Shown: positions 1 to 8,853, counted from the first letter of the stretch. The stretch is DNA of 64,000 nucleotides from an uncultured Gammaproteobacteria bacterium (GCA_964537265.1 CAZHZE010000002.1:21395-85394), one strand, 5' to 3'. Numbers and translations are program-made. Notes: generated by a model not told the origin, from the letters alone.

Positions 1-131
1 TAGAACAATATAAAGGTAACGACGCCGTGGTTGAAAGAGTAAAGAGCCATGCCTATCATAATTATGTAGAAAATAATTTAACCGGAAAAAGGGTTGTAGA
101 AAAGTTAAGAGAGTGGAATATAATTAAATAA
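1..131 (+). CDS. 3' end of an upstream CDS (5'-truncated by window edge), product unknown
   Basis: Frame 3 is open from the window edge to TAA at 129-131 (...EQYKGNDAVVERVKSHAYHNYVENNLTGKRVVEKLREWNIIK*). It is absent from the ORF track because it has no start in the window. Confidence 0.4.
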   Translation, partial: EQYKGNDAVVERVKSHAYHNYVENNLTGKRVVEKLREWNIIK

Positions 132-138
132 AAATTTT

Positions 139-615
139 ATGTCTGTTTTGGCTGTCAACAAGCGAGCAAATTTTGATTATGACATCCAAGAGACTTATGA
201 AGCCGGCTTGGTATTATTAGGCTATGAAGTAAAATCAGTAAAAACCGGCCATGTAAGCCTTAAAGGCAGTTATGTAACTTTTAAGAAAGTTAAAAATAAA
301 AGTTTGCCAGAAGCTTATTTAACTAATGCGCATATTCCTTTATATAAGCACGCCGGTAAGATTGCTAATTATGATCCGACTAGACCTATAAAATTACTTT
401 TAAAAAAGAAAGAAATTTCTTATTTATTGGGGAAAAAAGATGAACAAGGCTTGACATTGGTGCCGATTAAAATATATACTAAGCGTAGTTTTATTAAACT
501 GGAATTCGGTGTTGGCAAAGGCAGAAAAAAATATGATAAACGGGAAGTAATAAAGAAAAGAGAGTTGGATAGAAGCATAAGAACATTAACAAAAAGTAGA
601 GTTAAAAATTTATAA
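139..615 (+). CDS. smpB: SsrA-binding protein SmpB
   Basis: 158-aa ORF. The N-terminus NKRANFDYDI..GLVLLGYEVKS..G is typical of SmpB, and it lies immediately upstream of the tmRNA. Confidence 0.93.
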   Translation: MSVLAVNKRANFDYDIQETYEAGLVLLGYEVKSVKTGHVSLKGSYVTFKKVKNKSLPEAYLTNAHIPLYKHAGKIANYDPTRPIKLLLKKKEISYLLGKKDEQGLTLVPIKIYTKRSFIKLEFGVGKGRKKYDKREVIKKRELDRSIRTLTKSRVKNL

Positions 616-678
616 AGTTATAAAGTTCATAAAGTATTTTTACTTTTAACTTTCAACTTTTTACTTTATAACTAATCT

Positions 679-1065
679 GGGGATGCTAGGCATCGATAAT
701 AAAATTTTCTTAAAAACATTCAGAAGCGAGTTTCAAGCAGTCGCTTTAATCACGCTTGAAAATTATAATAAGTGCCAAAAACTTATTAAGCAAAATGACA
801 TTTTCTTGGAAAATGCCAGCTTTTGCTCCTGTTGCCGCTTAATAGCCGCAACCATCCGCCCGGCTTAGCCTAAGGGTCGGATCACGGGTGTCATATTTTA
901 GGCTCGAACAAGCGGTTAGCTTTGACCGGTTGTTTTAAAAATTCAAAGCTGGTTAATTCCGATTTTGTTCGGTTTCTACGGAATTAATGAGATATTAAAT
1001 CGATCTACTCTGTAAATATGTTTTAAGAAATTTATTAGACAGGGGTTCAATTCCCCTCATCTCCA
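679..1065 (+). ncRNA. ssrA: tmRNA (SsrA), one-piece
   Basis: The 5' GGGGAUG (679-685) pairs with CAUCUCC (1058-1064) plus discriminator A, including the G3:U wobble. T-arm is GGGGUUCAAUUCCCC (1042-1056). An internal tag frame ends ..PAFAPVAA, followed by TAA TAG (840-845). smpB is adjacent. Confidence 0.9.
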
Positions 1066-1070
1066 CATAA

Positions 1071-1156
1071 GCCGCGGTGGCGGAACTGGTAGACGCGTTG
1101 GACTTAAAATCCAATTGCACTAATATGCAGTGAGGGTTCGATTCCCTCCCGCGGCA
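1071..1156 (+). tRNA. tRNA-Leu (anticodon UAA)
   Basis: Acceptor GCCGCGG/CCGCGGC, anticodon loop CTTAAAA, long variable arm, T-loop GGTTCGATTCC. Confidence 0.9.
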
Positions 1157-1168
1157 CAAAATTGTTTT

Positions 1169-1240
1169 GCGGGTATCGTATAATGGTTATTATATTACCT
1201 TGCCAAGGTAGAGATACGGGTTCGATTCCCGTTACCCGCT
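1169..1240 (+). tRNA. tRNA-Gly (anticodon GCC)
   Basis: Acceptor GCGGGTA/TACCCGC, anticodon loop TTGCCAA, T-loop GGTTCGATTCC. Confidence 0.9.
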
Positions 1241-1298
1241 CAGATATTTTACTCTTTTTTAAATTGACTTCCCCTCATTTTTATTATAAAATTTAATT

Positions 1299-1856
1299 AT
1301 GAGAAGAGTTTATCGCAGACCAAAACCTGATTTTGAAGAAAAAAGATTTAGAGTTAATCAACAAATCCGCGTGCCGGTGGTTTTTGTTATTGATGAAAAT
1401 GGCGTAGGCGCAGGCGAGATGTCGACCCAGCAAGCTTTAAGAATGGCCGAACAGGCTGGTTTAGATGTTGTAGAGGTTAACCCTAAAGTTCAACCGCCAG
1501 TAGTTAAAATTATGGATTATGGACAGTTTAAATACAAAAAAGAAAAAGAAGCGCAAAAACAGAAAGTAAAACAGAAAAAAGTGGAAATTAAAGGCATTAG
1601 ATTGTCGGTTAGAATTAGTCAGCATGATTTTGATTTTAGATTGGACCAAGCTAAGAGATTTTTAGAAAGAGGCGATAAATTAAAATTAGAATTGATTTTA
1701 AAAGGCCGTGAAAGACAGCATCCAGAAAAAGCCGAGGAGACTATGAAGAGGTTTTATCAAGCTTTAAAAGCTACGCCTAATTTAAATATGGAAATAGAAC
1801 AGGGCTTGACAAAACAGGGTGGAAGGTTTAATATAACATTGATAAATAAACAATAG
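1299..1856 (+). CDS. infC: translation initiation factor IF-3
   Basis: 185 aa with IF-3 N- and C-domain motifs (VFVIDENG.., GIRLSVRISQHDFDFRL). Canonical infC-rpmI-rplT order. Confidence 0.93.
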   Translation: MRRVYRRPKPDFEEKRFRVNQQIRVPVVFVIDENGVGAGEMSTQQALRMAEQAGLDVVEVNPKVQPPVVKIMDYGQFKYKKEKEAQKQKVKQKKVEIKGIRLSVRISQHDFDFRLDQAKRFLERGDKLKLELILKGRERQHPEKAEETMKRFYQALKATPNLNMEIEQGLTKQGGRFNITLINKQ

Positions 1857-1872
1857 CCAAGAATACGAAAAT

Positions 1873-1895
1873 CAGGTATTTTAGCCTGTTTTTTG
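1873..1895 (+). terminator. weak intrinsic terminator/attenuator after infC
   Basis: CAGGU-AUUUUA-GCCUG followed by UUUUUUG. The stem is only 5 bp. Confidence 0.4.
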
Positions 1896-1902
1896 TTTAA
1901 AA

Positions 1903-2025
1903 GGCCTTGAAAACTTTTTTCAAAAAAGTTTTCAATACTTTCAAAAATTAAAAGGTATCAAACAAAAATTTAATAGTGGGCGAAGTCCTACGGCCATTAA
2001 ATTTTTATTTGATTTTATTATAAAT
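1903..2025 (+). repeat. modular intergenic cassette, copy 1 (infC-rpmI spacer)
   Basis: Contains the A/T palindrome GAAAACTTTTTTCAAAAAAGTTTTC, the AATACTTTCAAAAATTAAAAGGTATCAAAC module, and the hairpin AAATTTAATAGT-GGGC-GAA-GTCC-TACG-GCCATTAAATTT. It ends 21 nt before the rpmI ATG. Confidence 0.85.
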
Positions 2026-2229
2026 ATGCCGAAAATAAAAACTCACAAAGCAACAGCTAAACGCTTTAAAGTAACTAGAAATGAAAAGATTTTAAAAAGA
2101 AAAGCCGGACAAGACCATTTTAATTCTCGTGAATCAGGTAATGTTACCAGAAATAAACGCAGAGACATTGGTATTTCTGAGACTGAAAGAAAAGTAATTA
2201 AACAATTAATGCCATATAATTACGCTTAA
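2026..2229 (+). CDS. rpmI: 50S ribosomal protein L35
   Basis: 67 aa, MPKIKTHKATAKRFKVT... Confidence 0.93.
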   Translation: MPKIKTHKATAKRFKVTRNEKILKRKAGQDHFNSRESGNVTRNKRRDIGISETERKVIKQLMPYNYA

Positions 2230-2339
2230 AAACTTTTTTAAAAAAGTTTTTAATATTTTCAAAAATATAATGTATCAAATAAAATTTAATAGCGAACAAA
2301 GTTCTACGGCCATTAAATTTTATTTGATTATAAATAATT
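2226..2339 (+). repeat. modular intergenic cassette, copy 2 (rpmI-rplT spacer)
   Basis: Same three modules as copy 1. The inner hairpin is GAAC-AAA-GTTC (compensated). The cassette includes the rpmI TAA stop. Confidence 0.85.
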
Positions 2340-2687
2340 ATGCCAAGAGTTAAGAGAGCAAAAATACATCTTAAAAAAAGGAGAAATTTACTTAAAAGAG
2401 CCAAAGGCTATAAATGGGGTAGAAAAAATTTAATGCGCGCCGCTTCAACCGCCGTGGTTAAAGCCGGAGTTCGCGCCTATATCGACCGCCGTTTAAAGAA
2501 ACGCGATAATCGCGCCTTATGGCAGATAAAAATCAGCGCTTTTACAAAAGAGCATGGTTTATCTTATTCAAAATTTATTCATTTGTTAAAAGTTAATAAA
2601 ATTGAAATAGATAGAAAAATTTTAGCTGATTTAGCTGTTAACAATAAAAAAGTTTTATCTAAAATTTTAGATAAAATAAAGAAATAA
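2340..2687 (+). CDS. rplT: 50S ribosomal protein L20
   Basis: 115 aa, MPRVKRAKIHLKKRRNLLKRAKGY... Confidence 0.93.
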   Translation: MPRVKRAKIHLKKRRNLLKRAKGYKWGRKNLMRAASTAVVKAGVRAYIDRRLKKRDNRALWQIKISAFTKEHGLSYSKFIHLLKVNKIEIDRKILADLAVNNKKVLSKILDKIKK

Positions 2688-2699
2688 TAAATTGCTTTC

Positions 2700-2921
2700 A
2701 TGAAAAATTTACAAATAGCACAAATTATTATAGCAGTTTTATTGATGGTAGGGATTCTTTTACAGAATCGTGGCGCCGGTTTATCGGGAGTTTTTGGCGG
2801 TACTGGCAATTTTTACCGAACTAAGAGAGGAATAGAAAAAAAATTATTTATTGCCACTATAATTTTAGGCGTTTTATTTTTTTCGGTCTCTTTAGCCATT
2901 ATTTTATTACATAAAGGCTAA
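2700..2921 (+). CDS. secG: preprotein translocase subunit SecG
   Basis: 73 aa with two TM helices flanking LLQNRGAGLSGVFGG, a SecG-like motif. Confidence 0.8.
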   Translation: MKNLQIAQIIIAVLLMVGILLQNRGAGLSGVFGGTGNFYRTKRGIEKKLFIATIILGVLFFSVSLAIILLHKG

Positions 2922-2995
2922 TTTTTAATGCTCAAGGAGGTTTAATTTATAAATATTTTTGTCAGCTTGTAATATAGCGGGCAGATTTTATCAAA

Positions 2996-4939
2996 GTGAA
3001 CTCATTAAGAGATAAAATAATACAATTTTTTAGTAAAATTAAAAATTTTATTTTTAATTTAAGTTTTTCTTGGCAAATTTTAAAGAATATTTTTAATCGC
3101 GATCACAAACAAACCGAGCTAGATAAAAAACTTGTTTTTTCTTTAGCTAAATCAAGGTGGCCAAGCTTAAAACAATTAAAGTATATAAAAAAATATTTAA
3201 ATCCAGCTGAGCGCATAGTAATAAGTTTTTGCTTGGTTATTATTTTTTTCAGCTCGATTTTTTTGGGTGTTAAATTTTATAAAAATCATTTGCAGATTAT
3301 CCCCGTTAATGGCGGAGATTATATTGAAGGAGTTACCGGCACCATAAAATATGTTAATCCTTTATATTCAAGCGTTAGTGATTTAAATAGCGATTTAGCT
3401 GAGTTAATTTATTCTTCATTATTTAAAAAAAATGGCAAAGATGGGTTAGCTAATGATTTAGCCGAGAGTTATGAAATAAGTAAAGATGGAAAAACCTATA
3501 TAATAAAAATTCGTTCAGACGCAATTTGGTCAGACGGCAGCCAGCTAACCATTGATGATATAATTTTTACTTTTGAAGCTATAAAAGATATCAGATATAA
3601 ATCTCCGTTAAGAGATTCTTTCGCTGGGGTAGAAATTGAAAAAATTGATGATAAGACTATAAAATTTATTTTGTCCGAACCATATGCCGCTTTTTTAAAT
3701 TTGTTAACCTTTGGAATTTTACCACAAAATCTTTGGCAACAAATTGAACCAAATTCGGCTAGTTTAGCCGAACTAAATTTAAAGCCAGTCGGCTCGGGAA
3801 AATATAAATTTAAATCATTGGTTAAAGATAAATCCGGGAATATTAAAACTTATACTTTAGTGCGTAATGAAAATTATTACAGCGATAAGCCTTTTATTGA
3901 CACCATTATTTTTAAGCTCTTTGCTAATTCCCAGGAGGCTATTTTAGCTTTAAATAATAATTTAATAAATGGCGTAAGCTATTTATTAGAACAAGATAAA
4001 AGCCAGGTGGCCTCACAAGATTCTTTAAACTTCTATAATTTAAATTATTCTAAAATTTCAGCAATATTTTTAAATACTAAGTCTAATACGGCTTTGGCTG
4101 ATAAAAAAATTCGTCAAGCCTTAGCTTATGCAATTGATAAACATAGTTTAATTGATGAAGTTTTAGGAGGAAATGCCCGTATTATAGATAGCCCAATTTT
4201 ACCGGATAGTTTTGCTTATTATAAAGATATTAAAAAGTATGATTATAATGTAGCTACTTCCAGCCGCTTATTAAATGAAGCTGGCTGGAAAATAGTTGAG
4301 CTGACTTCCGCAGACCTAGAACAAGCGAATAAGGATTTGTCCTCTAAAGATGAAGCTATTAAAAAACAGGCTGAAGCTAAAATTAAAATGGGCGTTGGCA
4401 AATGGCTTTCAAAAGATAAAAATTATTTAGCCATAACTTTAACTACTGTTGATAATCCAGAATATAGCAAGGTGGCTGAGATAGTCGCTAGATTTTGGAA
4501 AAATATTAATATAAAAACAGAAATTAATTTAGTTGCTCCTAACCAAATTCAAAATAATATTATAAAGTCAAGAAATTTTGACGCTTTGATTTACGGGGAA
4601 ATAACCGGTGCTGACCCAGACCCTTATGTTTTTTGGCATTCTTCACAAATTGGACAATCTGGTTTAAATATAGCTGATTATGGCAATAAAGAAGTTGACA
4701 AGTTGTTAGAAGACGGGCGTTTAAATATAGATATAAAAATTCGTCAAGAAAAATACAAAAAATTTCAAGAAATTATTGTTGATGAAGAGCCAGCTATATT
4801 TTTATACAGCCCAAACTATATTTATGTCCAATCAAAAAAAATTAAAGGTTTTAATGTTCAAAATATTATTTCACCGACTGATCGTCTCAGTAATATCGGC
4901 CAGTGGTATATAAATACCGGTAAAAAACTTATTTGGTAA
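2996..4939 (+). CDS. solute-binding protein, family 5 (OppA/DppA-like), membrane-anchored
   Basis: 647 aa (GTG start in the track). N-terminal TM segment followed by a peptide/nickel SBP-like sequence. No permease or ATPase genes are adjacent. Confidence 0.75.
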   Translation: MNSLRDKIIQFFSKIKNFIFNLSFSWQILKNIFNRDHKQTELDKKLVFSLAKSRWPSLKQLKYIKKYLNPAERIVISFCLVIIFFSSIFLGVKFYKNHLQIIPVNGGDYIEGVTGTIKYVNPLYSSVSDLNSDLAELIYSSLFKKNGKDGLANDLAESYEISKDGKTYIIKIRSDAIWSDGSQLTIDDIIFTFEAIKDIRYKSPLRDSFAGVEIEKIDDKTIKFILSEPYAAFLNLLTFGILPQNLWQQIEPNSASLAELNLKPVGSGKYKFKSLVKDKSGNIKTYTLVRNENYYSDKPFIDTIIFKLFANSQEAILALNNNLINGVSYLLEQDKSQVASQDSLNFYNLNYSKISAIFLNTKSNTALADKKIRQALAYAIDKHSLIDEVLGGNARIIDSPILPDSFAYYKDIKKYDYNVATSSRLLNEAGWKIVELTSADLEQANKDLSSKDEAIKKQAEAKIKMGVGKWLSKDKNYLAITLTTVDNPEYSKVAEIVARFWKNINIKTEINLVAPNQIQNNIIKSRNFDALIYGEITGADPDPYVFWHSSQIGQSGLNIADYGNKEVDKLLEDGRLNIDIKIRQEKYKKFQEIIVDEEPAIFLYSPNYIYVQSKKIKGFNVQNIISPTDRLSNIGQWYINTGKKLIW

Positions 4940-5005
4940 TATTACTATAAATCTTTAGCTTATTAGCTAGTATTCTTAATTGCTTCATCAATTATAAAAT
5001 TAGTT

Positions 5006-5089
5006 GCCGAAGTGGCGAAATTGGTAGACGCACTAGCTTCAGGAGCTAGCGGAGGCAACTCCATGGAGGTTCGAATCCTCTCTTCGGCA
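5006..5089 (+). tRNA. tRNA-Leu (anticodon CAG)
   Basis: Acceptor GCCGAAG/CTTCGGC, anticodon loop TTCAGGA, long variable arm, T-loop GGTTCGAATCC. Confidence 0.9.
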
Positions 5090-5109
5090 CAATTAATATA
5101 AATAAAAAT

Positions 5110-6912
5110 ATGATAACAAAATATAAACCAAGAAATAGAAGGCATCAGATGCCTGTTGCTAAAACTAGTGCGAATTTAACGCATAAAAGTTTTGAGCGCC
5201 CAGTAGTCAAAACAAGCGCTACTGCTGTAATAGAAAATAAATTAAAAGTTATAGTTTTAGGCGGGCTTGAAGAAGTCGGTCGCAATATGACTGTGCTTGA
5301 ATATGATGGAGAAATAATAATTATTGATATGGGTATACAGTTTCCAGAAGAAGATATGCCTGGCATCGATTATATTATTCCTAATATCAATTATTTAGAG
5401 AATAAAACTAAAATGATTAAAGGCATAATTATTACCCATGGCCATATGGATCATATTGGAGCTATTCCTCATTTAATGTCTAGGCTTGGTAACCCGCCAA
5501 TGTTTATGGGCAAGTTAACCGCCGGCATAGTTAGAAAAAGAGCAGAAGAGTTTAATAAATGCCCTAAATTAAATATTTCAGAAATAAATGAAACTTCAAA
5601 ATTGCAGTTAGGAAAATTTTTTAGAGTTGAAACTTTAAGAGTTAATCATTCTATACCTGATTGTTTTGCCGTTATTGTTCATACTCCCCTAGGAGCAATT
5701 ATTCATACCGGTGATTTTAAAATAGATTATTCTCCAGTTAATGATAAGCCGGCTGATTTAAATCGCATTGCTCAAATCGGCGGGCAAGGCGTATTGCTTT
5801 TAATGTCTGATTCCACTGATTCTACTCATCCCGGTTATCAAATCTCCGAATCTTCCATCGGAGATGAAATGAGTAAAATTTTTGAAAAGTTAGAAGGCAG
5901 AATTATTATTGGCACTTTTGCTTCTCAATTAAGCCGTGTGCAGAAACTTTTTGATTTAGCGGAAAAATTTGGTCGTAGAATAAATTTACAGGGCCGTACT
6001 ATGAATGACAATGTAGAAATCGCTCACCAAATTGGTTATCTTAAATTCAATCCTAAAATTTTAGTTGAAGATCGAGAATTAGATCGTTTGCCTGATAATA
6101 AAATTATTATTTTGGGTACCGGCGCGCAAGGCGAAAATAATGCCTTCTTAAGCAGAGTAGTTAATAATGAACATCGCAGCATAAATTTAAAGCCGGGTGA
6201 TACCGTTATTTTTTCTTCATCAGTAATTCCCGGGAATGAACGCAGTATTCAAACTTTAATGGATATGATGGTTAGACAAGGAGCTAAAGTTATAAATTAC
6301 GAAATGATGGATGTCCATGCTGGTGGTCACGCCAAACAAGAAGATTTAAAATTAATGATGCGTTTAATTAAACCAGAATATTTTATGCCAATTGAAGGCA
6401 ACCATTACATGTTGCGCGCGCAGGCTGAATTGGCCGAACAGGTTGGTACGCCAAAAAATAAAATATTTGTGGCTGATAATGGGCAAATTGTAGAATTTCA
6501 CAAAATTTCTAGCGGAGAAGTTATTGGCAAACTTACTAAAGAAAAAGTTTTAACTGATTATGTTATGGTTGATGGTTTGGGCGTAGGTGATGTTTCTAAC
6601 ATTGTTTTACGCGATCGTCGAGTTATGGCTGAAGATGGCATGATTGTTGTTATTGCCACTATTGATGCTAAAACAGGCGATACGATTGGCAATCCAGATA
6701 TTATTTCCCGAGGTTTTGTATATATGAAAGAAAACAAAGAATTAATACAAAAGACTAGAATGAAAGTTAAGAAGATAGTAAAAGATCATAATCCGCGCAC
6801 GCCAGCTGACGACGATTATATTAAAAATAAAATCAGAAATGATGTTGGGCAATTTCTTTTTAGCCAGACTAAACGTCGTCCGATGGTTTTACCGGTGGTT
6901 ATAAAAGTTTAA
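5110..6912 (+). CDS. rnj: ribonuclease J (metallo-beta-lactamase / beta-CASP)
   Basis: 600 aa. HGHMDHIGA motif, beta-CASP region and RNase J C-terminal domain. Confidence 0.9.
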   Translation: MITKYKPRNRRHQMPVAKTSANLTHKSFERPVVKTSATAVIENKLKVIVLGGLEEVGRNMTVLEYDGEIIIIDMGIQFPEEDMPGIDYIIPNINYLENKTKMIKGIIITHGHMDHIGAIPHLMSRLGNPPMFMGKLTAGIVRKRAEEFNKCPKLNISEINETSKLQLGKFFRVETLRVNHSIPDCFAVIVHTPLGAIIHTGDFKIDYSPVNDKPADLNRIAQIGGQGVLLLMSDSTDSTHPGYQISESSIGDEMSKIFEKLEGRIIIGTFASQLSRVQKLFDLAEKFGRRINLQGRTMNDNVEIAHQIGYLKFNPKILVEDRELDRLPDNKIIILGTGAQGENNAFLSRVVNNEHRSINLKPGDTVIFSSSVIPGNERSIQTLMDMMVRQGAKVINYEMMDVHAGGHAKQEDLKLMMRLIKPEYFMPIEGNHYMLRAQAELAEQVGTPKNKIFVADNGQIVEFHKISSGEVIGKLTKEKVLTDYVMVDGLGVGDVSNIVLRDRRVMAEDGMIVVIATIDAKTGDTIGNPDIISRGFVYMKENKELIQKTRMKVKKIVKDHNPRTPADDDYIKNKIRNDVGQFLFSQTKRRPMVLPVVIKV

Positions 6913-6933
6913 AATTAATAAATATTTTTAAAA

Positions 6934-6966
6934 AAGAAGGCATAATAAATAGGCCTTCTTTTTTAA
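6934..6966 (+). terminator. intrinsic terminator after rnj
   Basis: AGAAGGC-loop-GCCTTCT followed by TTTTTT. Confidence 0.75.
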
Positions 6967-6974
6967 TTTTATGT

Positions 6975-7003
6975 TTGACTAAACGATGTTAAGATGCTAT
7001 TAT
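6975..7003 (+). promoter_or_regulatory. sigma70-type promoter (TTGACT-17-TATTAT)
   Basis: TTGACT at 6975-6980, 17-nt spacer, TATTAT at 6998-7003. Lies upstream of the M23 peptidase gene. Confidence 0.55.
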
Positions 7004-7064
7004 AATGATGTTATTTTAATAAATTAATATTAAATATATTACTAGAAATTTTAAAAAAATATCG

Positions 7065-8399
7065 GTGAATTCACTGATATTTTTAGTAAAATTTTTTATC
7101 TTTTTGAAGAGGTTATTAACCGCTTTTTTTGTTAATATAATACTAAAACCAATTATATTTATTTTAAAATTTATATTTTATAAAATTTTAGTTAAATTAT
7201 ATTTATTTTATTTTTCTATTATAAATCGTTTAGGATTATTTGATAAAATAAGAAGTAGATCCACCTCTTTTTTTTCTAACCAAAGATTACTTCATATAAG
7301 TGTTGGTTTATTAACTGTATTTTTTATTATTTTTAATTTAACCCAAAAAACTCAAGCCATAGCTCCGGACGAGATTGCTGGCAAAACATTTTTATCAGAA
7401 ATATTCTCTAATGAATTTGGTGAAAATGAAGAATTAATAGAAGAGTATTTTGACGAGGAACAAACCATAACTCCAATTCAACAGACTTATTTAGATAATC
7501 TAACCGCTTTTAAATCTCAGCCAACGGCAGAAATGATAATCCCAGAAGATATGGGATATGATCTAGAGGATGTTATTCAAAACGGTGACGCTTTAATTAA
7601 AAAAGATACCGCCTCTACAAATAATAAAATAATTCGTCCTAGAGAAGGAATTGTTGATTATATAGTAAAAACTGGTGATACAATTAGCACAATTGCTGCC
7701 AGCTTTGGAATTAGCGTTAATACAATTTTGTGGGAGAATAACCTCAACGCTTATAGCTTAATTAGGCCGGGCAATAAGTTAGTTATTTTGCCTGTTAGCG
7801 GAGTTTCTCATCAGGTTGCTAAAGGAGATACTTTACTATCCATAGCCTCTAAATATGGGGTAGATTCTAATAAAATTATGGAAGTAAATAAATTGGCTAA
7901 TGCAGAGATGCTTTCTTCAGGTCAAAAATTAATTATTCCTGGTGGCAAAAAAAATTATTATGCCAGCAATTCAGCAAGCAGCGCTTCTAATATTTCCCTA
8001 AAAAATTTATTTAAGCCGGAAAATCTTAAATCAACAGCTAGCAATAAATTGGCTTGGCCGACTGTCGGCGCTAGAATTACTCAATATTATTCTTGGAGAC
8101 ATTATGCTATTGATATAGCCAATAAAATTGGCACGCCAATTTATGCTTGCGATTCTGGCGTAATTGAAGTGGCTGGTTGGGGCAAGGGTTATGGCAATCA
8201 AATTGTTGTAGACCATGGAGGCGGCAGAAAATCTCGCTATGCTCATTTATCAAAATTTTATGTAAAAAAAGGTGATGCGGTTGAAAAAGGAGAGGCTATT
8301 GGAGCTATGGGTTCGACCGGATATTCGACTGGTTCGCATTTACATTTTGAATATATTATTAATGGCGTAAAAACTAATCCTTTAAATTATTTAAAATAA
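7065..8399 (+). CDS. LysM-domain M23 family peptidoglycan endopeptidase
   Basis: 444 aa. N-terminal TM region, two LysM repeats (YIVKTGDTISTIA, HQVAKGDTLLSIA), and a C-terminal M23 motif (..GSTGYSTGSHLHFE). Confidence 0.9.
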   Translation: MNSLIFLVKFFIFLKRLLTAFFVNIILKPIIFILKFIFYKILVKLYLFYFSIINRLGLFDKIRSRSTSFFSNQRLLHISVGLLTVFFIIFNLTQKTQAIAPDEIAGKTFLSEIFSNEFGENEELIEEYFDEEQTITPIQQTYLDNLTAFKSQPTAEMIIPEDMGYDLEDVIQNGDALIKKDTASTNNKIIRPREGIVDYIVKTGDTISTIAASFGISVNTILWENNLNAYSLIRPGNKLVILPVSGVSHQVAKGDTLLSIASKYGVDSNKIMEVNKLANAEMLSSGQKLIIPGGKKNYYASNSASSASNISLKNLFKPENLKSTASNKLAWPTVGARITQYYSWRHYAIDIANKIGTPIYACDSGVIEVAGWGKGYGNQIVVDHGGGRKSRYAHLSKFYVKKGDAVEKGEAIGAMGSTGYSTGSHLHFEYIINGVKTNPLNYLK

Positions 8400-8519
8400 C
8401 CTTTAAAAACTTTTTCAAAAAAGTTTTTAATATTTTCAAAAAATATAAGGTATCAAATTAAAATTTAATAGCGGGCAAAGCCCTACGGCCATTAAATTTT
8501 TATTTAATTATATAAAATT
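8399..8519 (+). repeat. modular intergenic cassette, copy 3
   Basis: AACCTTTAAAAAC, the A/T palindrome, AATATTTTCAAAAAATATAAGGTATCAAAT, and the hairpin at 8461-8499 (AAATTTAATAGC-GGGC-AAA-GCCC-TACG-GCCATTAAATTT). Confidence 0.85.
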
Positions 8520-8774
8520 ATGTATATTTTATTTGGTTTTATTGTTTTAGCGATTGGTGCAGCGATAGTTATTAAATCCGAGGCTATGCTGAATTCTTTC
8601 GGCAGAATAGATTTTTTTGAACGTCATCTTGGAGCCGATGGCGGGTCAAGATTAGGTTATAAATTAATAGGTATGATTATTATTTTTATAGGCATATTAA
8701 TTATGACTAATATGATAGGAGGATTTTTAGAATGGATATTATGGCCAATTTTACGTTATAATAAAATTCAGTAA
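8520..8774 (+). CDS. small membrane protein, unknown function
   Basis: 84 aa with 3 predicted hydrophobic helices. Sits directly behind cassette copy 3. Confidence 0.6.
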   Translation: MYILFGFIVLAIGAAIVIKSEAMLNSFGRIDFFERHLGADGGSRLGYKLIGMIIIFIGILIMTNMIGGFLEWILWPILRYNKIQ

Positions 8775-8780
8775 ATAATT

Positions 8781-8853
8781 GGGCTGATAGCTCAGCTGGT
8801 AGAGCACCGCGTTTGCAACGCGGGGGTCTGGGGTTCGAATCCCCATCAGTCCA
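8781..8853 (+). tRNA. tRNA-Ala (anticodon UGC)
   Basis: GGGCTGA acceptor with the G3:U70 identity pair, anticodon loop TTTGCAA, T-loop GGTTCGAATCC. Confidence 0.92.

Noticed and set aside
683-868. 61-aa track ORF inside the tmRNA
   Set aside because: It lies entirely within the ssrA gene, whose ends form the tRNA-like domain. The real tag frame is a different frame.
1903-2339. The cassette as a dedicated L20 (rplT) autoregulatory leader
   Set aside because: Near-identical copies also precede murD and a small membrane-protein gene, so an L20-specific role alone does not explain the family.
4963-5145. 60-aa minus-strand ORF
   Set aside because: It overlaps tRNA-Leu(CAG) and the rnj start, so it is a tRNA shadow.
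8399-8519. The cassette as a standard sigma70 promoter
   Set aside because: TATAAT/TATAAG-like hexamers exist, but there is no TTGACA-like -35 at 16-18 nt, whereas bona fide promoters in this window are near consensus.
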